The notes beneath the pieces were generated by a model. It was given only the letters and a program-made list of their open reading frames with translations, did not search any database and was not told the origin of the DNA. This document shows positions 57,128 through 64,000 of a stretch of 64,000 bases of DNA, in pieces. Made by a program: the position numbers and the translations under genes. The stretch lies in the sequence record SRR22947725_670; one strand, written 5' to 3'. Every line of letters begins with the position of its first letter. The stretch's first letter is position 1.

Positions 57128-58399
57128 TTACTCCTTGATATAGGGCTTGCCAACGGAGGCGGGTGGTCGGACTCGGCCCACAAACCCCACCACAGCAATG
57201 ATGGTGACCAAATAGGGAACCATGATGATGAAGTCGGTGGGGATGCCCGGGCTCACCTGATTAGCCCACACCCGAAGGATGATGGAAAAACCAAACAACA
57301 GGGCCGCAGCGGACATATAGAAGGGGTGCCAGCGACCCAGGATCACCACGGCGAGCGCGATAAAGCCTTGCCCGTTAGACATCTCTTGCCCAAAAGCACC
57401 AACGTTACCGATGGTGAAGGCAGCGCCACCCAAACCAGCGAGCGCACCGCCCGTGGTGACCCACCAGAACCTGGTGCGAGCAACATTAACACCCATCGTG
57501 TCGGCCGCCATCGGGTACTCGCCAACTGCTCGTGCCCGAAGACCCAGGCGGGTGCGAAACAGCACAAACCACAGCAATGGAATACAGAGGAACGCTAGAT
57601 ATACGGTCAGGCGGTTTTCAAACACCACAGGGCCGAGGATCGGGATCTCACTGAGGAAGGGAATCTTAACAATCGGAAAGGTCCCTGGGTTATTAGCCCC
57701 GGCGCTGTCTTGCGTCAACCATTGCGAGTAGAGAAAGTTTGTGACTCCAATAATGAGCACGTTGAGAACAACACCCACGATGATTTGATCAACGAGGTAT
57801 CGCACAGCGAACACGGCAAGGATCGTTGACACCAGGGCAGAGGCCACCATCGCGGCGACCAGGCCAGCATAGAGATTCCCGGTGAGCGTGCCCACTACAG
57901 CCGCCACGAAAGCCCCCGTGAGGAGCTGGCCTTCAATAGCAATATTCACCACGCCGACACGCTCTGACATCACGCCCGCCATGCCGCCGAAAATGATCGG
58001 GATCGCGAGCACAATGGCGTTAGCCAGGAGGAACGCAAACGGAACTCGATCTCCCGCTGCAAGCCAGCCAAGCAATGCCACCACTGCGATAAACCCAAAC
58101 ACCATCGACCACCACAGGGGCACCGGACGTTTCGAGCTGACGCGGAAAAAAGCGAGAGCCGAAATCAGCATCATAACGATGCCAAGAACGATCCCCACGG
58201 TGCTGGAAAGCGCGGTGATGGAGGGCAGTGAAATCGCCGCATCATCAGCCGTCACCGTGTATTCCACGGGTTCCCGTCGGCCCAAAATACCAAACGCCAC
58301 AAAGACGAGGACAGAGAAAACAGCCATCAGTGACGGCGCCTTCCAGCTCACCTTGGCTTCGGCGAGGGAGAACATTCCTGGTTTCACCTCGAGGCTCAT
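57128..58399 (-). CDS. Nucleoside ABC transporter permease
   Basis: SERVGVVNIAIEG, RAVGE and GFIALA..ILGRW motifs. Confidence 0.9.
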   Translation of the reverse strand: MSLEVKPGMFSLAEAKVSWKAPSLMAVFSVLVFVAFGILGRREPVEYTVTADDAAISLPSITALSSTVGIVLGIVMMLISALAFFRVSSKRPVPLWWSMVFGFIAVVALLGWLAAGDRVPFAFLLANAIVLAIPIIFGGMAGVMSERVGVVNIAIEGQLLTGAFVAAVVGTLTGNLYAGLVAAMVASALVSTILAVFAVRYLVDQIIVGVVLNVLIIGVTNFLYSQWLTQDSAGANNPGTFPIVKIPFLSEIPILGPVVFENRLTVYLAFLCIPLLWFVLFRTRLGLRARAVGEYPMAADTMGVNVARTRFWWVTTGGALAGLGGAAFTIGNVGAFGQEMSNGQGFIALAVVILGRWHPFYMSAAALLFGFSIILRVWANQVSPGIPTDFIIMVPYLVTIIAVVGFVGRVRPPASVGKPYIKE

Positions 58400-59589
58400 G
58401 AAGTAGTCTCCTTCCGCTGGAGCTTGGCTCTCAGCCGGTCAAGGGCGGGGGTTGACGCCAAGGAAGGCAGCCGGAAGATTGCCCGCACCAAAGGTGGCGC
58501 GGCAATAAAGAGGACGATGGCCCCTTGGACGATGCCCAGCACTTCAGGGGAGACACCAATCACCTGCATCTGCGGTCCACCCGCCTTGAAAGCGCCGAAC
58601 AGGAGGCCTGCAAAAAGAATGCCCACGGCGTTTCCGCCACCCAGCAACGCAACCGTGATGCCGTCAAACCCGATACCGGCGTGGACCGTTTCGGTGTAGC
58701 CGACCTGGGTTCCCAGTGCTTGATTGGCTCCGGCAACCCCGACAAAAGCGGCAGATGCGGCCATGGCCCACACATATGTTCTCTCGACCGAGATTCCCGC
58801 AGTCCTGGCGGCATGAGGGTTATGTCCGACCATCCGAAAGCGGTACCCAATCGCAGAACGCTCCATGAGCCACCAATACACTGCAACCGCAATCAGAGCG
58901 AAAATAAACCCTAAGTGGAGTGAATACGTCCCGGGGAAAAGTTGCGGTAGTTGAGCCGTGAAGGCAGGGGCCTCTGCCTTCGGTGTCCCTCCCGCTTGCT
59001 CAGCCTGTAACAGGTTGGGCGAGCGAATGAACCAGGTGAACAAGCTAATGGCCACATAATTCAACATGATCGTCAAGATGACTTCGTGGGCGCCGGTTTG
59101 TGCCTTCAGGAAACCAACGAGAGCGCCCCACAAGGCAGCGCCCAAAATTGCAACTATCACGGCGACAACCATGTGGAGAATCACGGGCAATTCCATGCGG
59201 GTACTGATCCAGGTGGCCCACAAGATCCCAAAAATCATTTGACCGTTTCCACCAATGTTGAAAAGGCCTACCCGGAAACCCAGCGAGATACCCAGGCCTG
59301 CTGCAATCAGCGGTCCGGCAAGGCGCAAAGTCTCCGTCAGTGGACGCAAAGCGGTAGCTAGGTCATCGGCACGAGTATTGAAGATAGAGCCACGAAACAG
59401 GGCGGCATAACCATCGGCAACGGTTCGCAGTGCGGCTTGGATCGCGTCCATGAGTCCGCCCGATTCGAGCGCCTTACCGACATCCTCGCTAGAAACCATC
59501 ATGAAGATTGCTCCCACGAGAAAGCCCATCACGATCGAGAGAAACGCTCGCGTCGCACTGGTGGAGAACACTTCTTTGAGAAGACTCAT
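58396..59589 (-). CDS. Nucleoside ABC transporter permease
   Basis: GLFNIGGNGQ, HEVILTIMLNY and GFDGITVALLG motifs. Confidence 0.9.
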   Translation of the reverse strand: MSLLKEVFSTSATRAFLSIVMGFLVGAIFMMVSSEDVGKALESGGLMDAIQAALRTVADGYAALFRGSIFNTRADDLATALRPLTETLRLAGPLIAAGLGISLGFRVGLFNIGGNGQMIFGILWATWISTRMELPVILHMVVAVIVAILGAALWGALVGFLKAQTGAHEVILTIMLNYVAISLFTWFIRSPNLLQAEQAGGTPKAEAPAFTAQLPQLFPGTYSLHLGFIFALIAVAVYWWLMERSAIGYRFRMVGHNPHAARTAGISVERTYVWAMAASAAFVGVAGANQALGTQVGYTETVHAGIGFDGITVALLGGGNAVGILFAGLLFGAFKAGGPQMQVIGVSPEVLGIVQGAIVLFIAAPPLVRAIFRLPSLASTPALDRLRAKLQRKETTS

Positions 59590-61100
59590 GCGGATACTCC
59601 CTCCGGCATAATTCCCGCCATCATTTGCCCCATATCTTCCCGAGAAATTGTCGGTGGAACGATTCCTACGATTTTGCCCCGATACATCACGGCAATACGG
59701 TCTGCGAGGTTGAACACTTCATCCAATTCCGTCGAGATAATCACCACGGGGATTCCCGAATCACGCGTTTTGATGATGCTTTCGTGAATGAACTCAATGG
59801 ATCCCACATCAACACCCCTTGTTGGTTGAGCGGCCACAAAAAATTTCAGTTCACGGGAGAGCTCCCTCGCCACAACGACTTTCTGCTGATTTCCACCCGA
59901 AAGTTTTTTAACCAGGGTCTGGCCTGACGGTGTCCTCACGTCAAAGCGCTTGATGAGATCTTCGCTGTGCGCATGACGGGACGCAAAATCGATCGATAAG
60001 CCTTTGGTGAAGGGCTTGGAGAATGAACCATCCAACATAAAGTTCTCTTCAATCGTGAAGTCCGCGACCAAACCGTCTTTTTTGCGGTCTTCGGGAACAT
60101 ATCCGACACCCGCTTCCAGCACTTCCTTCACGCTCGCGTGAGTGATGTCCTCGCCCGCGAGAGAAATAGTTCCCTCACTCACGTTGCGCAAACCTAGGAG
60201 AGTTTCCGCTAAAGCGGTTTGACCATTCCCCTCGACCCCCGCAATACACAACACTTCACCAGCGCGAACATCAAGGCTCACGCCATCGATGACCCGTTGC
60301 TGGCGCTCATCCACTACTACCAAATCTCGGATCTCTAGGACTGTGGCGCCCGCAGTGGCCTCCACCTTATCGACGGAGAGGTCAACTTCACGGCCCACCA
60401 TCAACGACGCAAGCTCACCCACCTCTGTTGAGGGCGAAACCGAATCGATAACCTTTCCACCGCGAATGACGGTGACGACATCGGCTACGGCCTTCACCTC
60501 CCGCAATTTGTGCGTAATGAAGACGATTGATGTTCCCTCTTGCGCGAGCTGCCGCATGATCTCCATCAACTCATCAGTCTCTTGCGGTGTGAGGACGGCG
60601 GTAGGTTCATCCAGAATCAGAATTTTTGCGTCCCTCGCAAGAGCCTTGACGATTTCCACTCGCTGTTGAATACCGACTGGCAAGTCTTCGATGAGCGCAT
60701 CAGGGTCAATATCAAATCCAAATCGGGCAGAAATGTCGCGCACCCGATCGCGCGCTGTAGCAAGATCCAACGCACCGATCGCGTTGGTGGGTTCGTTGCC
60801 CAAAACAACGTTTTCTGCCACGGAGAATACGGGAACCAACATGAAGTGTTGGTGGACCATTCCGATACCAGCGGCCATCGCATCACCGGGGCCAGAAAAC
60901 TTTACTTCCACATCATCAAGAAGGATGCGTCCCTCATCGGGCAGATAGAGACCATACAGCAGGTTCATCAGCGTGGACTTGCCGGCGCCATTCTCCCCGA
61001 GCAGCGAGTGGATTTCGCCGGGCTGCACGATAAGAGAAATGTTATCGTTGGCGACAACGGGGCCAAATCGCTTCGTCATTCCCTGCAGTTCAAGCTTCAT
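59586..61100 (-). CDS. Nucleoside/sugar ABC transporter ATPase (tandem NBD)
   Basis: GENGAGKST, DEPTAVLTPQE, LSGGNQQK and QPTRGVDVG motifs. Confidence 0.93.
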   Translation of the reverse strand: MKLELQGMTKRFGPVVANDNISLIVQPGEIHSLLGENGAGKSTLMNLLYGLYLPDEGRILLDDVEVKFSGPGDAMAAGIGMVHQHFMLVPVFSVAENVVLGNEPTNAIGALDLATARDRVRDISARFGFDIDPDALIEDLPVGIQQRVEIVKALARDAKILILDEPTAVLTPQETDELMEIMRQLAQEGTSIVFITHKLREVKAVADVVTVIRGGKVIDSVSPSTEVGELASLMVGREVDLSVDKVEATAGATVLEIRDLVVVDERQQRVIDGVSLDVRAGEVLCIAGVEGNGQTALAETLLGLRNVSEGTISLAGEDITHASVKEVLEAGVGYVPEDRKKDGLVADFTIEENFMLDGSFSKPFTKGLSIDFASRHAHSEDLIKRFDVRTPSGQTLVKKLSGGNQQKVVVARELSRELKFFVAAQPTRGVDVGSIEFIHESIIKTRDSGIPVVIISTELDEVFNLADRIAVMYRGKIVGIVPPTISREDMGQMMAGIMPEGVSA

Positions 61101-61148
61101 TGCTTGGTTCTCCTCTGGTTTGTGGCGCTCTCCATTGTGCGGAAAGCA

Positions 61149-61182
61149 GGAGGGGCCCCGGACGCAGGTCCAGGGCCCCTCC
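61149..61182 (-). terminator. Strong intergenic stem-loop after the BMP gene (partial terminator or mRNA stabiliser)
   Basis: Minus-strand GGAGGGGCCCTGGAC-CTGC-GTCCGGGGCCCCTCC forms a 15-bp stem with one G-U pair; followed by TGCTTT. Confidence 0.75.
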
Positions 61183-61213
61183 GCTACTTCACGTCAGAAC
61201 GTCGTGCCGCTGT

Positions 61214-62317
61214 CTAGGACAGAGGGTCGATCGTTCCGTCGATGATGCCCTGCTTGATTTCAGCAAGACGATCCTTGATGTCCTGGGACACCTTGCCATC
61301 GAAGGCGTAGAACGGAGAGATGTCCGTTCCGGCATTCGCAAGGTCACCCATGTAGTAGTCACCATTGAAGTTACCGTTGACTGCAAAGTCTTCGATGATG
61401 TCGAAGGTTGCTGCACCCATACGCTTTTCCGCAGAGGTCAGGATGTAGTCGGCATATTCAGGCGACGTGGCGGCGATGTCCTTGTCGACACCGATCATCA
61501 CAGCATCCACACCGGACTCCTTGATAGCTTCTGAACCTGCACCGAACTGGTCTCCACCCACGGGGAAGAGAACGTCAGCGCCCTGCTCGAGCTGAGAAGC
61601 GGCGATGCTTTTACCGGTGGGGTCATTCGGAGCAAATCCGCCCCAGAAGTCACCGGTTGCTGCCATGGGGTCCCAACCGAGAACGGTCACAGCGGTGCCG
61701 GTTTCGGTTTCGTAGGCCTTGGCTCCGTAGTAGTAACCAGACATGAAGTCGGTCACAGCGTCAATCTGGAGTCCACCATAGGTGCCCACAACCTTAGAGG
61801 TCGAGTAGGCAGCTGCCAGGTATCCAGCCATGTAGCTGGACTGGTTCATCTTGTAGCCAACAGGCTTGAGGTTGTCGTTTCCTTCGCTCCAACCATCGAC
61901 GGTCACCATGGACACGTCGGGGTTTGCAGCAGCGGCGAGGTTGACGTCAGCAACCAGGTTGAACCCGACGGCAAAGATGACATCGCAGCTCGCGTCAACC
62001 ATGGCCTGGAGGTTGGGAGCGAAGTCCTCGGCGCTGTTGGACTCTGCCTCAGCGATCTGAACACCCAACTCTGATTCTGCCTGGGCTAGTCCGTCATACA
62101 CAGCTTCGTTGAAGGAGTTGTCGTTCCAGCTCCCTTCGTCAGAAACTGCACAGGCGAGGAAGTCAAGGGACTCTTCGGGCGCGACTGCTTCTTCAACAGC
62201 TGCTTCTTCGGTGACGGCTTCCTCTGTTGTATCAGCAGCACAACCTGCCAAAACCAGAGCAGCGACACCCAGTGCGGCGATACCTGCGAAGGTACGCTTT
62301 GCGGTGATTGCTTTCAC
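61214..62317 (-). CDS. BMP-family ABC substrate-binding lipoprotein (nucleoside)
   Basis: LAGC lipobox, DNSFN, AVGF and IGVDKD motifs. GTG at 62317 has a GAGAGGA SD. Confidence 0.92.
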   Translation of the reverse strand: MKAITAKRTFAGIAALGVAALVLAGCAADTTEEAVTEEAAVEEAVAPEESLDFLACAVSDEGSWNDNSFNEAVYDGLAQAESELGVQIAEAESNSAEDFAPNLQAMVDASCDVIFAVGFNLVADVNLAAAANPDVSMVTVDGWSEGNDNLKPVGYKMNQSSYMAGYLAAAYSTSKVVGTYGGLQIDAVTDFMSGYYYGAKAYETETGTAVTVLGWDPMAATGDFWGGFAPNDPTGKSIAASQLEQGADVLFPVGGDQFGAGSEAIKESGVDAVMIGVDKDIAATSPEYADYILTSAEKRMGAATFDIIEDFAVNGNFNGDYYMGDLANAGTDISPFYAFDGKVSQDIKDRLAEIKQGIIDGTIDPLS

Positions 62318-62345
62318 TTGTGTGGTCCTCTCATTGCTTTTCGAT

Positions 62346-62425
62346 GCCAGACACCGACCGATTCGCGACTGTCGCCTCAACAGAGTGCTACGCGAAAGGG
62401 TGTCTGACGCTTTGGTTTCATTCTA
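62346..62425 (-). promoter_or_regulatory. -10 TAGAAT (62425-62420) and a structured 5' leader of the nucleoside ABC operon
   Basis: Nested stems GUCAGACACC/GGUGUCUGGC, UUCGCG/CGCGAA and CUGUUG/CGACAG. Confidence 0.55.
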
Positions 62426-62505
62426 GGGCGCGAAAATCACAGCCTTGCGAGATAGAGCACAGTCCGCGCAGATGAGCCTCAAGCCTCAGTTGAGAGTGTC
62501 TGTCG

Positions 62506-63477
62506 CTAACTTTTCAGCCCCACAATTTCGCGCGAGGGAGTCGTCGGGGTCGCCATGGTTTCTTTGATGTACTTAAGGAAGGCGGCGGCATCCACAGCCT
62601 CAATCACGCGGGCGTTAGCCTTCAGTCCATGAATACCCCAGGACATCGCAGAATATCCCCTCGTCAGTTCAGAATCTGCCTCAACATCCACGGCGTAGAG
62701 GGCACTGCTGGTGATGAGCTCCGGGTGCAGCAAGAGCGCCACCGTCAAGGAGTCAGGGTGCGACGATCCTGGGATGCCGACACTTTCATCGAAGTCCAGG
62801 GTCGCTTCACACACCTGGGCAAAAAAAGACGCCACCGGCGATCCGGCAGCACCAATTTCTGCCATGTGTTGCCTGGAGAACAGAGCATCCTGAATAGTCA
62901 GGGGCTCCCAAGGGATGACGGTGATGTCAAAGCCAGCATCAAAAACAACCTTCGCCGCATCCGGGTCAACATAGAAGTTGAATTCAGCGGCAGCCGTAAT
63001 GTTTCCTCGAGCGTTGTTGGATCCACCCATGATGTAGAGGGATTTCACCCTGTCGGAGAAAGTGGGATCTTTGATCACCGCCATGGCAATGTTGGTGAGC
63101 GGGCCAATCGCCACAACGTTTATTTCGCCCGGTGACTCTTTCGTCAACCTCAGCAGCGCGTCTACCGCGTGTTCGGCTTCCGGTTCGATTCCAGAGTTGT
63201 CCATGGTGAGTCCACCCGCCCCATCTCCATGAACGTTCTCTGCAGAGACCCAGGCTCGAACCATGGGTCGGCGGCAGCCCAGAAACACCGGGCATTCGCC
63301 GAGAGCTCCGGCGACACTCAGTGTCATGAACGCATTCTTTGTTTGTTGCTCAAATCCCACGTTGCCCGCCACCATCGTGATGGCACGCAAATCCGCCACG
63401 GGATCCAGTAGCCCGAGCAAGATTGCGACGCAATCATCTTGAGCAGTGTCGGTATCGATGATTAGAGGGATCTTCAC
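62506..63477 (-). CDS. Nucleoside hydrolase (IU-NH family)
   Basis: IIDTDTAQDD (DxDxxxDD), VHG, GPLTNIA, AEFNFYVDP and HPD motifs. Confidence 0.93.
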   Translation of the reverse strand: MKIPLIIDTDTAQDDCVAILLGLLDPVADLRAITMVAGNVGFEQQTKNAFMTLSVAGALGECPVFLGCRRPMVRAWVSAENVHGDGAGGLTMDNSGIEPEAEHAVDALLRLTKESPGEINVVAIGPLTNIAMAVIKDPTFSDRVKSLYIMGGSNNARGNITAAAEFNFYVDPDAAKVVFDAGFDITVIPWEPLTIQDALFSRQHMAEIGAAGSPVASFFAQVCEATLDFDESVGIPGSSHPDSLTVALLLHPELITSSALYAVDVEADSELTRGYSAMSWGIHGLKANARVIEAVDAAAFLKYIKETMATPTTPSREIVGLKS

Positions 63478-63489
63478 GGGCGTTAGTTC

Positions 63490-64000
63490 TTAGCCTGCGA
63501 GATGGTGGCGGAAATACGCAATGGTTTTTTCCAGTCCTTCGCTCAGCGGAATGTGTGGCTCCCAGCCCATTGTCTTCTTCGCGAGGCTGATATCGGGCTG
63601 GCGCTGTCTCGGGTCATCGGCGGGCAGGTCTCGGTGCTCGATTTCCGAGGAAGACCCCGTCAGCTCCAACACCTGCGAAGCCAATTCCAACATGGTGAAT
63701 TCGCCCGGGTTTCCGATATTTACTGGGCCGGTTTCTTTATGGGTGTTCTCCATCAGCCCAACCAGTCCTGACACGAGGTCATCGACGTAACAGAAGGACC
63801 TGGTCTGGGATCCATCGCCATAAATAGTGAGCGGCTCACCGCGCAGGGCTTGAACAATAAAGTTGCTCACCACACGACCATCATCGGCCGCCATCCGGGG
63901 ACCATAGGTATTGAAGATGCGAGCAACACGAATCTCCAACCCGTGTTGCCGGTGGTAGTCAAAAAATAGGGTCTCGGCTACTCGCTTGGCCTCGTCATAA
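63490..64000 (-). CDS. uxs: UDP-glucuronate decarboxylase (UDP-xylose synthase), 5' part outside the window
   Basis: The frame extends to the window edge: [62 protein letters not shown]. Confidence 0.9.
   Translation of the reverse strand, partial: YDEAKRVAETLFFDYHRQHGLEIRVARIFNTYGPRMAADDGRVVSNFIVQALRGEPLTIYGDGSQTRSFCYVDDLVSGLVGLMENTHKETGPVNIGNPGEFTMLELASQVLELTGSSSEIEHRDLPADDPRQRQPDISLAKKTMGWEPHIPLSEGLEKTIAYFRHHLAG

Noticed and set aside
56747-57598. 283-aa plus-strand ORF
   Set aside because: Antisense to cdd and the permease; typical codon-bias shadow.
1-64000. CRISPR arrays, tRNA/rRNA, IS elements, integrases, prophage or defence systems
   Set aside because: Nearly all sequence is assigned to CDS, intergenic gaps are under about 200 nt, and no such signatures were seen by eye.

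Overview
Ordinary chromosome of a streamlined, moderately GC-rich actinobacterium. Gene content and synteny suggest Microbacteriaceae, possibly a Pontimonas/Aquiluna-like aquatic lineage (inference). Left end: lpqB(partial)-mtrB-mtrA, ahcY, manB, a DUF5719-like gene, a membrane GT2 and whiB. From about 11.7 to 49.6 kb lies a large cell-surface glycan region, interrupted only by purE-purK-birA. It contains (i) a nonulosonic-acid module, pseB-pseF-RmlD-like reductase-NeuB/PseI-like synthase-GT4, with no aminotransferase, acyltransferase or PseG and with a divergent synthase active site; this may make a 7-hydroxy (fusaminic-acid-like) nonulosonate. (ii) A rhamnan-type wall-polysaccharide set (rmlABCD, wbbL, Wzm/Wzt, several GTs) with a GacI/GacJ/GacL-like side-chain trio (GT2, DUF2304, DUF2142). 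(iii) A LysM cell-wall protein with an unusual domain insertion. (iv) A second island between birA and the acyl-CoA carboxylase genes: gmd, a HepA/PglK-like ABC exporter, tandem GT8s and a KpsS/KpsC-like candidate ulosonate transferase. Right end: acyl-CoA carboxylase beta and alpha subunits, a nucleoside salvage cluster (PNP, phosphosugar mutase, add, cdd with an apparent ATC start, ABC/BMP transporter with a structured leader, nucleoside hydrolase) and partial uxs. Many genes have a TANNNT hexamer 6-7 nt before the start codon, consistent with leaderless transcripts. I saw no rRNA, tRNA, CRISPR array or mobile element. All family assignments come from recognising motifs by eye; no database searches were run.
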